The position numbers were made by a program, and so were the translations under genes. 54,976 nt of DNA from a virus, in the IMG/VR virus record IMGVR_UViG_3300012117_000001, positions 1-54,976 of that record. One strand, written 5' to 3'. Position 1 is the stretch's first letter. Each line of letters begins with the position of its first letter. The notes beneath the pieces are model-generated. The model had not been told where the DNA came from and made no database searches. It saw nothing but the letters and a program-made list of their open reading frames with translations. This document shows, one piece after another, positions 18,552 through 28,513 of the stretch.

Positions 18552-19040
18552 TTAAGCTGTCGCTTCCGGCTTTACTGCTAAGTGGTTCTCAATCCATAAC
18601 ACAGTGAGTCCATCACTATCAGCAGCACGGAATACAGATGCGTTAGTACACTCAGTGCCATCAGTGCTTGAAGTTGTAAACTTACCATCACTGGTCACAT
18701 ACACTTTGCCACCAACAGCTGCACCACTCATATCAACTTGGATGTATCCTTCTTCCAGAACAGCCAAAGCTGTACCTTCGTAGTAGAAGACAGAACCATC
18801 ACCAGGACGAGTGGCTTGCTCTACATTGAGTGCACGGATAACTACGCCATTGATAGTGCCATCAGCATTGATACCTGCTGTAGCTGTACGATTATCTGTA
18901 CTCTTGATAGCACAGCCCCACTCAATTGTGCCGCCAACAGAGGCAATATAAGTATTACGTTGTGAGTTAGTGAATGTCAGACCATACAAATCACCGGCAT
19001 AACCGGCCTTTGTATTCATTGTGAAATTTTGTTCAGGCAT
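18552..19040 (-). CDS. Head decoration / cement-position protein
   Basis: 162 aa between the scaffold and capsid genes. Positional assignment. Confidence 0.45.
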   Translation of the reverse strand: MPEQNFTMNTKAGYAGDLYGLTFTNSQRNTYIASVGGTIEWGCAIKSTDNRTATAGINADGTINGVVIRALNVEQATRPGDGSVFYYEGTALAVLEEGYIQVDMSGAAVGGKVYVTSDGKFTTSSTDGTECTNASVFRAADSDGLTVLWIENHLAVKPEATA

Positions 19041-19064
19041 TATTAGGTTTTAACCTTTATTATT

Positions 19065-20288
19065 TTATTTGTATCGTGCTAAACGACGTTGTTTAGCTTC
19101 TTCTGCAGGGCTTACATACACTTCACGCTCAGTGCTTTTGCCAGAGAGGATGGAGGTATTGAGTGCATCTGAGAGGGTAATTTCGGCAGAGTCTTCAAGT
19201 GCAGCATCAAATCGAGCATCTACATAAACATCAGTCTTGCTAGAGAAATCTTCATCCCTCAATTTACTCAAAACTTCCCGTTTAATATCGGTGTCACTCT
19301 TATCTGCAATTTCTAGATCTTCAAAAACATCACCTAACTTGGCAATCTGTGTCAGCAGTTTCAAACGTCCCGCTGCCTTTTCATTGACGCGTCGTTGCAT
19401 TTCATCATCAGAAATATTCTTCGCTTTCTCATCTGATAAGGAAACCTCTAAGTTCTTAATTTTAGAGCCTGAGTCAGTCAACTTAGTATTAAGCGAAGAG
19501 ATCTCTTCAACTGAATCAGCAAGCTTGGTTAAACTTGCTTCATGCTCAACTAAGAGCTTTGCATTCTTAATCTTTAGTTCGTCATATGCAGCTTGCAGTT
19601 TACTCAAGTCTTTATAGCTCGAATCGTCATCCGTAATTACAGTTTTATCATCGATATTAATATCGTCTTCATCTGCAATACGTGCTGTTCCAGCTCGCCC
19701 TTTCTTCACAACTGCAATATGGTTTGCGCGAATTTTGGTCTTTTCTGCATCCCACTCTTTTCCATTAACTCGGACAACTACGGCTTTATGACCTGAGCTT
19801 AACTGGTCGTAACCGTCATCAATAAGGCCAATTGTTTCCTGGTCATTGAAAACTACAGTACCGGCTAATTCATCGTTTTCATCACGGAACGGCAAACCTT
19901 CAAGCATACCCTTTTGTAGCTCTTTATTATTTTCAAGAGTTACATCAATTTGAGCACCTTTATTGTTACGTGGATGATTTAAGGTTAAGGGGCAGGAACG
20001 ATATGATTCGAGGCTGTCAGCAGCAAATAACTCCTCTGCTGTAGTCATGACTTTAATAATATCCATTGGGTTACGGTCAGCAAATAAACCTCCCAAATCT
20101 TTAGCCCGATATTCCATCACGCCAGTACGAGCAATAGTACATGGTGCAATCATCTCGCCACTATCACGAAAAGTTCGTTGTGTCGGAATAGTTAATGTGT
20201 CGCCAATAGTACTTAGCTCTTCACTTACTTCATCCGAGTCATACAACATAACTTCTACAGATAATGGGAGCATCTGTTTATTCAACAT
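19065..20288 (-). CDS. Prohead protease/scaffold-like protein
   Basis: 407 aa after the portal gene. A globular N-terminal half is followed by a long charged coiled-coil (KLQAAYDELKIKNAKLLVEHEASLTKLADSVEEISSLNTKL). Confidence 0.6.
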   Translation of the reverse strand: MLNKQMLPLSVEVMLYDSDEVSEELSTIGDTLTIPTQRTFRDSGEMIAPCTIARTGVMEYRAKDLGGLFADRNPMDIIKVMTTAEELFAADSLESYRSCPLTLNHPRNNKGAQIDVTLENNKELQKGMLEGLPFRDENDELAGTVVFNDQETIGLIDDGYDQLSSGHKAVVVRVNGKEWDAEKTKIRANHIAVVKKGRAGTARIADEDDINIDDKTVITDDDSSYKDLSKLQAAYDELKIKNAKLLVEHEASLTKLADSVEEISSLNTKLTDSGSKIKNLEVSLSDEKAKNISDDEMQRRVNEKAAGRLKLLTQIAKLGDVFEDLEIADKSDTDIKREVLSKLRDEDFSSKTDVYVDARFDAALEDSAEITLSDALNTSILSGKSTEREVYVSPAEEAKQRRLARYK

Positions 20289-20306
20289 TTAACTTCCCAA
20301 TGATTT

Positions 20307-21644
20307 TTAATTAGTTTTATTTTCAGTGGTCTTTTGTGGCGGGTTTGGTGGAGCAGTTCCAAGATCTGTGTCCCCAAAGACTTTCTCATGCTTGAGCACA
20401 GTGTTAGCTACTTGTGCTGAGATAATACCTTGCTGGACTAGTTCTGATACGGAATCAGAGAGATCTTTGGCTCGTTTAGCTCTATCAACGTTTGACTCAG
20501 GAAAGACTGAATTCCATTCATAAGTCCATGCTGGCAAGCCGTAGTGCGCTTGCAGAATTCGATCAATAATCTTCAGACGTTTATCGAAGACAGACTTCTG
20601 TAAACCCCTTAGTAAATCAATGTAGTTCACCAAGTCAGACTCCCCTGTAGCATTCATACCATCAGGAGAAGCAGAGAGGAACCTTGTAGCAGGGATACCG
20701 ACGGCAGCGGCTACAATCTTCAGATATTCCCATATCAAGTCCTTTACCCCAGATAAGGCAATTGACTTCGTGGAGTAATCTTCGGTTTCATCTAAGAGCA
20801 GTACACCAAATACCGACTTGGCTTGCTTCATCAATCTGAAGCGCTTCATCACAGCTTGTTCACCTTCCGGACTTGTCAGCAGACTTTGCAGACCTTGGAC
20901 AGTAACCACATCAATGGTTGCTTCCTGGCTTAACTGTGCGGCTGATGCAGCTGTAGTGAAGAATTGATCGATGGTCTTCTGAAGTGGAATCAGTACTGAA
21001 TCTGAATACCATTGGTTACGTTGCAACTGGAACAAAGGTAACTCAGTCCCTTCAAACCTGATGAAGCGTGAGTGATGAATACGCTGTGTGCAACCAACTA
21101 ATTGGTAATACTCCGGCAAACCATAATGAGGACTTAATGGGTCAAGAACTAAGGAGCCAGTTGGCACCATTCGAGTCCTGTCCACAATCTGGAAGGACTT
21201 GATGCAACCTGGCTTCAGCCTCTTGAAGTTGAGAGGTGTGCTAAGCGAGCCAGCACCTTTCAAATCCAGCAGCAGGAACGAAGTTCCATACAGTCTCGCC
21301 CATTGATACCCCATACGGAATAACGATGGGATATCAAATTCTGTGTCTGCTTCAATACCTTCTGGAGTACTGATTTTCCTCCATTCGCGGCACATATCTT
21401 GTGGGATAATTTCACAGACTTTCTTGCTAACCCAATCCTCACGGAATCGGTTGATTAATTGCGGCCAGTCCTGATTCGAACCTTCGTAATACCAACGATT
21501 ATAAGTAGACTTATCAGCACCTGTACCAAGACCGGTTACAACATTCTCCAGACCATCAGCGATGCTAACCGGATTTATTTTAGTTTTATCGTTTGTTCCG
21601 GTTACTGCTTTGGCTTTGGCTTTATGTGCTGCCGGTCTTGTCAT
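20307..21644 (-). CDS. Portal protein
   Basis: 445 aa directly downstream of the terminase. Size and order are typical of a portal. Confidence 0.75.
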   Translation of the reverse strand: MTRPAAHKAKAKAVTGTNDKTKINPVSIADGLENVVTGLGTGADKSTYNRWYYEGSNQDWPQLINRFREDWVSKKVCEIIPQDMCREWRKISTPEGIEADTEFDIPSLFRMGYQWARLYGTSFLLLDLKGAGSLSTPLNFKRLKPGCIKSFQIVDRTRMVPTGSLVLDPLSPHYGLPEYYQLVGCTQRIHHSRFIRFEGTELPLFQLQRNQWYSDSVLIPLQKTIDQFFTTAASAAQLSQEATIDVVTVQGLQSLLTSPEGEQAVMKRFRLMKQAKSVFGVLLLDETEDYSTKSIALSGVKDLIWEYLKIVAAAVGIPATRFLSASPDGMNATGESDLVNYIDLLRGLQKSVFDKRLKIIDRILQAHYGLPAWTYEWNSVFPESNVDRAKRAKDLSDSVSELVQQGIISAQVANTVLKHEKVFGDTDLGTAPPNPPQKTTENKTN

Positions 21645-21862
21645 GCAGCCAAACTCGCGGATTTGCGTTTAATCACAGTTCCATTCGTTTTACGGATATA
21701 CATACCATCAGCAGTTTCAACACTTAAATTTGCACGACCTTCAGTTGCCTCGATAGTCGCTACAACCCTGCCGGTATTTACATCAATAATATCCAGACCG
21801 TAATTTTCTTCTGAGCGACCATCAAGTCGCGTTTTGATACTCATTTTTATTATTATACCCAA
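21641..21862 (-). CDS. Small hypothetical protein between terminase and portal
   Basis: 73 codons starting at TTG 21862, or 67 starting at ATG 21844. Neither start has an SD, so the start is uncertain. Confidence 0.35.
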   Translation of the reverse strand: MGIIIKMSIKTRLDGRSEENYGLDIIDVNTGRVVATIEATEGRANLSVETADGMYIRKTNGTVIKRKSASLAA

Positions 21863-23856
21863 GAAAGATAATTTGCGGAGAGCCCAGAGAATTCAATAGC
21901 AACAGCATCGGAGATATTATCGCAAACATCATCATGCCCTGTACCACTCCCTTGTGAAGTCATTGCTAAGACTTCTCGTTTTATATGCCCAATATGTTCG
22001 TGACCAGCGGGAAATTTAATCTTACTTTGCGCGAAATATGTGAGCGTGTTTAGGAATCTAGATATTTTATCGCCACCAGATCTATCTCTGGGGACTGGTA
22101 AACACCTTATATTCCCATCTCTTACAAATTGTTGATTTAAGAATTGCCCAGATGATTTGTCCTCCATATATAAAGCACGAGGTAATAACAGCGGGAATCT
22201 TACATCCAATTTGTTGCACTTTGCCCAGAAACCTAAAACACATTTCTTAAGCTCTGGGGTTTCATACTTACCAATTACACCATCCAACATAATCAATTCT
22301 TTATCTTTGGTAACACCCCAATAAATTAGTACTGAATAGTCAGAATAAGTTTTAACTGTGGAAGCTGTATCAGCAGTAATAAATGTCTTTGTAATGGTGG
22401 AGTAATCAAAGGTGTCTTTATCATATTCACACCACCATTCATTGCTAACCAAGCCATGCCCTTGCGCTGTCGGGTCACCCATATACTGCGAGTTGAACGT
22501 ATACGGCGTCTTAGCTTGCATCTCTTTGAGGGTTTCATAACTTTTACGCCCCGGCCATAGTGCCGATTCGTTCTCACGACCTAGGTCATACAAATAAGGA
22601 ATTGCATTTGTATAAGCTTGCCGACTTATTAGGGTATTATACCAATCTTCATTACCGGTATTTTTATCAACCAAGGCGGGGATATTCAGATAATGATAGT
22701 TATCTGCGCTACCACCTCGAAGTAAGAATCCAACAAGATCTTCATCATGTACACGCTGCATGATAATGACTATGGGTGTACGGGAACACTTGATTAGCTT
22801 GCCATCTTTGTCATTTATGTAACCATCATTAGCAAGTCGGGACATAAATGTATTGTCATATCGGTCGTTAATTTCCGCACGTATGGTATTGGAGTAAGCA
22901 TCTTTTGGCTTAATCACGTCATCAACACAGAAAATACCTGAGTAGCGTTCTGTTAGGCTCCCTGCACCCTTCCCAGTCATTTTGCCACCAGTTGGCACAG
23001 CATGTAATACACCTTGCTTCGTCGTCCCCCAACGTTCCAAAGAACGTTTGTTAGGGTCAATTCTCACTTTAGAGAATATCTTTTGGAATAACGGGTCTGT
23101 CATTATTGTTCGTATATAGCCCGAAGATTCTTGTACAACGTCGTCAGCATAAGAGGTAATGATGTTCTGCGCAGATGGATTATGGCAGAAAGAGAATAAT
23201 GGGAGGAAGATCGATATAATTTGTGTTTTGGAATGCCTTGGAGGTATCGTTACAATACCTCGGTCAATTTCACCATCAACAATCTTTTGGCAAAATTCAA
23301 ATACAACAGCATGAAAATCCTGCTCTTGGAATTTGTAATTCATCTGAATTTCAAAACACCATAGAGAGAATCTTCTAAAATCTTTTATTAATATATCATG
23401 TACAGCGTCAGCAACCGCTTTTGATATCGTGCTGGGGTCAATGTTTAATGGGTCGTTCAAAACACTATCAATTAAACCTATATGAACTTCTTCAGAAGCC
23501 GAAGATTCAATTGCTTGTCCTGCAATACGGTCAGACTTACCAGCTTTAATTATTTTTTCAATTTCAGTTGCAAACGGTGTTGAATCTTTCGTGTCACCAT
23601 TCGCCAACCTTTCGAGCTGAGCTTCCTTAAGGGATTTTAAAACTGCATCCCCTGAAAGTCCCATACCTTCTATTTCATCTTGAAGGAGGTTCGAATACTC
23701 CCCAAGAATACCAGGGTTCTGTGCTAGATAACGCCTGATACTGGGGAGAGAGTGCGCACAGTCGCGCCATTTACGAGTGATGTTATAGAGGTTGCCATAA
23801 TACTTTAGTAATTGCGTAGCAAGGTCATTATTGTAACCTTCTCCGAAATCATCCAT
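21853..23856 (-). CDS. terL: Terminase large subunit
   Basis: 667 aa. It has a Walker A-like PPRHSKTQ, a Walker B-like IFCVDDV and C-terminal nuclease acidic motifs (ITADTAS, HDDVCD). It is the first large gene of the late operon. Confidence 0.8.
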   Translation of the reverse strand: MDDFGEGYNNDLATQLLKYYGNLYNITRKWRDCAHSLPSIRRYLAQNPGILGEYSNLLQDEIEGMGLSGDAVLKSLKEAQLERLANGDTKDSTPFATEIEKIIKAGKSDRIAGQAIESSASEEVHIGLIDSVLNDPLNIDPSTISKAVADAVHDILIKDFRRFSLWCFEIQMNYKFQEQDFHAVVFEFCQKIVDGEIDRGIVTIPPRHSKTQIISIFLPLFSFCHNPSAQNIITSYADDVVQESSGYIRTIMTDPLFQKIFSKVRIDPNKRSLERWGTTKQGVLHAVPTGGKMTGKGAGSLTERYSGIFCVDDVIKPKDAYSNTIRAEINDRYDNTFMSRLANDGYINDKDGKLIKCSRTPIVIIMQRVHDEDLVGFLLRGGSADNYHYLNIPALVDKNTGNEDWYNTLISRQAYTNAIPYLYDLGRENESALWPGRKSYETLKEMQAKTPYTFNSQYMGDPTAQGHGLVSNEWWCEYDKDTFDYSTITKTFITADTASTVKTYSDYSVLIYWGVTKDKELIMLDGVIGKYETPELKKCVLGFWAKCNKLDVRFPLLLPRALYMEDKSSGQFLNQQFVRDGNIRCLPVPRDRSGGDKISRFLNTLTYFAQSKIKFPAGHEHIGHIKREVLAMTSQGSGTGHDDVCDNISDAVAIEFSGLSANYLSWV

Positions 23857-23869
23857 AGGTTAATACTCA

Positions 23870-24040
23870 TTATTTCTTTTCCTCCGTTTCTCGATTTAGT
23901 GAGGCAGCTTCTGCTAATTTGACCTCATATCTGCGCTGGGGGTTGCCAAGCGGGGAATCACACATTGGGCAATGTTTACTGAATAAATAGTCATCTTCAG
24001 CTATAGCGCGCCCACATGAATAACATGCATATGTTTCCAT
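23870..24040 (-). CDS. Zinc-ribbon protein (56 aa, below ORF-track cut-off)
   Basis: AAGGA lies 6 nt before ATG 24040. The product is METYACYSCGRAIAEDDYLFSKHCPMCDSPLGNPQRRYEVKLAEAASLNRETEEKK, with a CxxC..CxxC pair. Confidence 0.55.
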   Translation of the reverse strand: METYACYSCGRAIAEDDYLFSKHCPMCDSPLGNPQRRYEVKLAEAASLNRETEEKK

Positions 24041-24087
24041 AAAATTTCCTTATGCATACAACCGTCCATTGGTTGTTTCGCCACTCA

Positions 24088-24096
24088 CAACTAATG
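24088..24096 (-). promoter_or_regulatory. Candidate phage-RNAP promoter (late operon)
   Basis: The minus strand reads CATTAGTTG-TGAGTGG. It lies 48 nt upstream of the Zn-ribbon ORF and 22 nt downstream of the terminator at 24118-24145. Confidence 0.6.
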
Positions 24097-24117
24097 TAAA
24101 GGTGGGCACTGATTAAC

Positions 24118-24145
24118 AAAAAAAAACCAACCCGAAGGTTGGCTT
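24118..24145 (-). terminator. Rho-independent terminator at the early/late boundary
   Basis: The minus strand has CCAACC-ttcg-GGTTGG followed by nine T. It lies ~30 nt after the stop of 24173..24634. Confidence 0.8.
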
Positions 24146-24172
24146 TAACATTATATTCCTTACCAGAATAAA

Positions 24173-24634
24173 CTACTTCATGAGTTCTGCTGCTTTATTC
24201 CTTAATAGATCAAGCTCTCGAGCATGTCTACTGTATATCTCATATCGTTTAAGTTTCCAGAGACCAAAAACTTCTACAATATTGTCTGCACTGAGATAAC
24301 CTTGAGATATAGCATATCCCTCATCAATCCAACCCTTGAATTCCTTCTGGTAAAGACTACTAAGTAACACTCGGATGGTTTTATACTCTTTCTTCCTTTC
24401 CCACTCTCCGTCTTGAATGTAAGCACTATAATCATTCACCGTGATACTGTAAGCATGCACATAATGATTTTCTCTCTCATACTCGCTTTCAGCGAAAAGC
24501 GCGTACTTTCCAAATAAGCTATTCAACCATGACTGAGTATCATAATAGAGGAAAGAGTAGCAATCACCAACTAATGTAATGTCTTCAGTCAGGTCACTAC
24601 TCTCCCCATCTCTGAGAGGTTTCTTCATCATCAT
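24173..24634 (-). CDS. Hypothetical protein
   Basis: 153 aa with an ATGATGATG start. It is the last gene before the terminator. Confidence 0.6.
   Translation of the reverse strand: MMMKKPLRDGESSDLTEDITLVGDCYSFLYYDTQSWLNSLFGKYALFAESEYERENHYVHAYSITVNDYSAYIQDGEWERKKEYKTIRVLLSSLYQKEFKGWIDEGYAISQGYLSADNIVEVFGLWKLKRYEIYSRHARELDLLRNKAAELMK
24568..24576 (-). promoter_or_regulatory. Motif copy inside a CDS (possible internal promoter or chance)
   Basis: Exact CATTAGTTG-GTGATTG, but within the 5' end of 24173..24634, where it codes TLVG. Confidence 0.25.
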
Positions 24635-24708
24635 TCCGCTAAGTAAATTGTAAGCTTTCTAAATAAGCTTACAACGACTCGCAAAATAACTCTTTAGAAT
24701 AATCCGTC

Positions 24709-24987
24709 TTAAATGAGACTCGCGTAACTTACAGAAACCCTGTATGGCAAACGCAGAGGGGCTACGGAATCCTCCAAAGCTTTTACAGTGCGTTGGATTC
24801 TGTTCCGGATACGGTCTTTATCTGAGCCCTCTGGAAGCACAAATACAAAGGCATCAGCTTTTGTTTTATTACGTGCTTCTAAGATGCGAGATAAATAAGA
24901 GCCACCACCAGCAACAACGTTATCACTGAATAAATAGCAATACTTTTCACCATTTGCTTCTGCAATAACTTCCGTTTTACGAGTCAC
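24709..24987 (-). CDS. Hypothetical protein
   Basis: 92 aa with a GTG start abutting the dut stop. Confidence 0.5.
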   Translation of the reverse strand: MTRKTEVIAEANGEKYCYLFSDNVVAGGGSYLSRILEARNKTKADAFVFVLPEGSDKDRIRNRIQRTVKALEDSVAPLRLPYRVSVSYASLI

Positions 24988-25422
24988 TTATAATACCCCT
25001 GTGGAACCAAAGCCATTCACGCCACGCAGTGTCTCAGAAAGATCATCTACTTCGGTCAACTCGACCTGAGCAACAGGTACAATCATCGCCTGGGCTACCC
25101 GTTCACCTGCTTCAAAGTACAGGGCTGTCTGGTCACTATCAGTTACCAGCTTAACCATCACTTCACCACGATAATCCGAGTCGATTACGCCGAGACAATT
25201 TGCAAGGCGAACATTATGTTTGAATCCATGACCAGACCGGCCAACAACGAGCATCACATAACCCTCTGGGATTTCAAACGCAAGCCCAGTTCGTACAACG
25301 GCATCTTTACCATTCAGAACATGGCCGGAATCTAGTGCATGTAAATCAAAGGCTGCTGCGCCAAATGTCGCATATTTAGGAATGATTGCTTTTGGGTCTA
25401 ATTTTTTTAACTTAAGTTTCAT
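24988..25422 (-). CDS. dut: dUTP pyrophosphatase
   Basis: 144 aa with dUTPase motifs AAFDL, GRSGHGFKH, GVIDSDYRGEV and RGVNGFGSTG. Confidence 0.9.
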   Translation of the reverse strand: MKLKLKKLDPKAIIPKYATFGAAAFDLHALDSGHVLNGKDAVVRTGLAFEIPEGYVMLVVGRSGHGFKHNVRLANCLGVIDSDYRGEVMVKLVTDSDQTALYFEAGERVAQAMIVPVAQVELTEVDDLSETLRGVNGFGSTGVL

Positions 25423-26175
25423 TTATAATTTCAACGATTGGTATATATGTTTGATGTAATTTGAATCACCTTCAATATCACCCTCTGTAAGAAATACATC
25501 TTTGCAGGTAATATCTGGATGACTTGGTGGGTATAACCAATTACGGCTGTCTCCTTCCCATGTGAATCCTTCCCTGTACAAGCGAAGGATATAAATATGG
25601 GAGAAGACTTCTGTAAGTGGGTACACCTCTTCGATGAAGCCACCATCTGAGTAGACAGCATCAAATGTGGCAGAACAGGTTGACGCTATTTTGGCAACCT
25701 CAGCGGCCTCTCTGCGCCCGAAATAGTCTTTACCATGCAATGGCTTCATTACCATCTCAGAGATGTAAATCAGGGCTTCTCGTGGCGTCCGGTGGCCTAA
25801 TACAGGTAGCTTCAATGAGTCTTTCGTCTCACGGTCTGTTGCTACGATTTTGAAAAGCTCTGTAGCAATACCAAAGTATTCGGCTGTGGCCTTGTACAAT
25901 TGCGATTTAAATTCTCGTCGCTCCAATCGGCCACAGCTGCGTTTATAGCTACATGGGGATGCAAGCGTATTGGCACTACTAGAGTCCACGCAGTGAACGC
26001 CACAGAGCTGATTATAGGGTGTGTCACACAATGCTTTTGCAAGGGTGTCTTTCCCACAACCAGGTGGGCCATTTAATATAATCGCAACGTTGTTACAGGA
26101 TTTTGGCATGGTGATGTGTTGCTTGATGGGTGGCAAATCACTGCCACTTACCTCTAAGATTTGTGAATCAATCAT
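25423..26175 (-). CDS. P-loop nucleotide kinase (dNMP kinase-like)
   Basis: P-loop NGPPGCGKDT. Start set to ATG 26175, which overlaps the ligase stop as ATGATTGA. Size and the GKDT loop resemble phage dNMP kinases. Confidence 0.5.
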   Translation of the reverse strand: MIDSQILEVSGSDLPPIKQHITMPKSCNNVAIILNGPPGCGKDTLAKALCDTPYNQLCGVHCVDSSSANTLASPCSYKRSCGRLERREFKSQLYKATAEYFGIATELFKIVATDRETKDSLKLPVLGHRTPREALIYISEMVMKPLHGKDYFGRREAAEVAKIASTCSATFDAVYSDGGFIEEVYPLTEVFSHIYILRLYREGFTWEGDSRNWLYPPSHPDITCKDVFLTEGDIEGDSNYIKHIYQSLKL

Positions 26176-26890
26176 AAGACTCTTCAGCTTTGTCAAAACG
26201 GCAACGTACAAATGATGGAAATCTTAATTTCCCATCTTCAGTGACTTCGCGGTATTTAACTTCAATGAATGTTTCCAATAATTCATGGCGATGCTCCCAG
26301 AAATAAATACGTTGCTCATCAGTAAAACCAGTACCCACACTACCCTTACCAGTTTTAAAACTTCCGAGCATACCTTTGTTCTTACCAGTACCTTCTTTGA
26401 AACCAGTAATCTTCAAATCCATGTATTTATATGGGACAATCTTCCACCAATTAATACGGCCTTTGCCTTCGACTCGAACAATTAGTCCTTCATCACCCAA
26501 AGCTAGGCGTTGTTCCATTAATTTATGGAGATTTTCATTGGATGGGTTGGTTGCTTTACCTAAATAAAGTCGAGGGTCAATACTCCCATCTCTAAGATCG
26601 TAAATCATATCTTGCGTAATTAATTTATATGACTGACTACGAACCAAAGAAACAGTAGTGTTCCAATCAACTGAATAAACTTCACAGTCCTGGAATTCAA
26701 GGTGGTTAAGGTTGTTTAGAGGTTTGCTATCCCTACTGACAACTGTATTGTCCCGTAGACGCAAAGCCCTAACACCATCAATTTTCCTATAAACATGACA
26801 CTTCCCTTTGATAGCCTTCGATATGTCTTCCCAATCATGCGCATGTGCTTTGGTGTATGTAGTCCCGTCAATGAGGGTTTTGATACTCAT
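26168..26890 (-). CDS. ATP-dependent DNA ligase (minimal)
   Basis: 240 aa.
- Motif I: KIDGVR
- Motif III: DCEVY
- Motif IV: EGLIVR
- Motif V: WWKIVPYK
- OB region: GMLGSF..GSVGTGFTDEQR
- Motif VI: LRFPSFVRCRFDK. Confidence 0.85.
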   Translation of the reverse strand: MSIKTLIDGTTYTKAHAHDWEDISKAIKGKCHVYRKIDGVRALRLRDNTVVSRDSKPLNNLNHLEFQDCEVYSVDWNTTVSLVRSQSYKLITQDMIYDLRDGSIDPRLYLGKATNPSNENLHKLMEQRLALGDEGLIVRVEGKGRINWWKIVPYKYMDLKITGFKEGTGKNKGMLGSFKTGKGSVGTGFTDEQRIYFWEHRHELLETFIEVKYREVTEDGKLRFPSFVRCRFDKAEESYD

Positions 26891-26913
26891 AAAATTTCCT
26901 TAACTTCTCAATC

Positions 26914-27426
26914 TTATTCCAAGTGTTCTTGCAGATACTTGCGAACAAGTTCCTTCCTGGAATTAGCATTATTTGGCTTTGGGACTTCTATTCCAGCCAT
27001 AATAAGTTTTGCGGTTTGTTGGGCGGCTGGGAGTTTTGCAAAAGCAATAACCCTTTTGGCAATATTGGCATCACGAGGGGTTCCACCGTATCGTTCTTGA
27101 TAGGTAACAAGCCCATGACATTTATGGCAGAGAAGTTCTAAGTCATCTTCATTAACGAGAAGCATACGTGTAGCAAATTCACCAAAGTTTTCTAAAGTAA
27201 GAGTTCCTACCGTTTCTTTGTGGTTGACCTCTATTTCGGACGCTTTATAGAATTTACTGCAATGCTCACATTCATAATGCCATATCATCTTCCCGCCGCT
27301 GTTTTTCATTCTTATGCGTCGAGTTTGCAGAAGACCAAGCTTGACAGGATGCTTATTCCAGACTCGTCTGAGGCCACTTCTAAGCCAGTTTAAATACTGC
27401 TTCTCATCTTTGAGATAACCGTACAT
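26914..27426 (-). CDS. HNH endonuclease
   Basis: 170 aa with CEHC..EVNHKE..CHKCH. It has a 1-nt stop/start overlap with the FEN gene. Confidence 0.7.
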   Translation of the reverse strand: MYGYLKDEKQYLNWLRSGLRRVWNKHPVKLGLLQTRRIRMKNSGGKMIWHYECEHCSKFYKASEIEVNHKETVGTLTLENFGEFATRMLLVNEDDLELLCHKCHGLVTYQERYGGTPRDANIAKRVIAFAKLPAAQQTAKLIMAGIEVPKPNNANSRKELVRKYLQEHLE

Positions 27427-28460
27427 TAAGCTGCTGCAAGTTCCTCTGTTTCAATGTTTGCATCAACCCAGTTGCCATCGATAAGTCTTACAAGCTTCTG
27501 ATCACCCAAATCAAAGTAGATTTTCAATAATCCATTGAAATGCCACATCAAAGCCTTATCAGAATCGATAATGGTATTGACCATATACAATTGCCGACCG
27601 GAGGTAATCAAAGCCTGTTCCCAGGAGGTTCCGAAAACACGTTTGTACTGGGTGATAACACGCTGTAAACCTTGGGAATATGAAGTGCAGTCGTTCAGAA
27701 TATCAAATGCTTCCATAGCCCCGATACCTTCACGCTTTTCATACTCTTGACCAGCTTTCTTACCAGATTGATAGATCTTCTTAACTTTGATTCCGCAACC
27801 AATAACACCGTCTGTACCGTCACCGGTAAGAAGCTGCCAGAGGAAGAACTTAGTCCCAACTCCTTTGACCTCTTTCTTCGGCGTTTTACCTGCGCCTTTG
27901 ATAATCACACGGATTTCACCAAAACCTTTCACAGTTTCGGTCTTTTCACCCTTAGTTGAGGTTTCCCAGCTGTAATTAATGGAAGGGATTTGTTTGAGGT
28001 CTTTATCCAGACTACAAACGTAAATTTGAGTACCTTCTGGCCATTTCTCAGGTTTAGAAAGTGTTCTAATTTTATTATGCTTGCCGGTTGTTACCGTATA
28101 ATTGTATCTGGCAAAACATGCAATCAAATCATCTGCTTCAAGACCACGCATTGACATTGCATCCCAACACGTTCTTAAATGTGCTTTTGCATTATTAAGA
28201 TTTGTTGGCCGCCAAACACCATTACGGTTAGCTTTGTAGTCAGGATTAATTACAAATCTGAAGTTATCGTCTCCAGAAATAAAGACGTACATTACATCGA
28301 GGTTTAATCGGCGTTTAAGATATTCTAATTTTGCGTCCATACCCATCTGAATATGAGTAAAAGAAATGTCATCTTCTTCTTTGCCATATTCTTCAGCAGC
28401 ACTATGTGAGAATGCAACCATATCCCCGTCAATTAAGCCAACCTTAAGAGGCTTTGACAT
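27426..28460 (-). CDS. 5'-3' exonuclease / flap endonuclease
   Basis: 344 aa. The acidic clusters GLIDGDMVAF, LEADDLIA, DKDLKQIP and LLTGDGTDGVIG match the T5 D15 / T7 gp6 / Pol I 5'-nuclease family. Confidence 0.85.
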   Translation of the reverse strand: MSKPLKVGLIDGDMVAFSHSAAEEYGKEEDDISFTHIQMGMDAKLEYLKRRLNLDVMYVFISGDDNFRFVINPDYKANRNGVWRPTNLNNAKAHLRTCWDAMSMRGLEADDLIACFARYNYTVTTGKHNKIRTLSKPEKWPEGTQIYVCSLDKDLKQIPSINYSWETSTKGEKTETVKGFGEIRVIIKGAGKTPKKEVKGVGTKFFLWQLLTGDGTDGVIGCGIKVKKIYQSGKKAGQEYEKREGIGAMEAFDILNDCTSYSQGLQRVITQYKRVFGTSWEQALITSGRQLYMVNTIIDSDKALMWHFNGLLKIYFDLGDQKLVRLIDGNWVDANIETEELAAA

Positions 28461-28486
28461 TTATTTTATCCATATTGTTTGTTATG

Positions 28487-28508
28487 CTCCTATTAAATTT
28501 AATAGGAG
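28487..28508. promoter_or_regulatory. Perfect 22-bp palindrome overlapping the SD of the plus-strand orphan gene
   Basis: CTCCTATTAAA/TTTAATAGGAG lies in the 53-bp divergent gap. The right arm contains the AGGAG SD for ATG 28514. Confidence 0.6.
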
Positions 28509-28513
28509 TTTTT

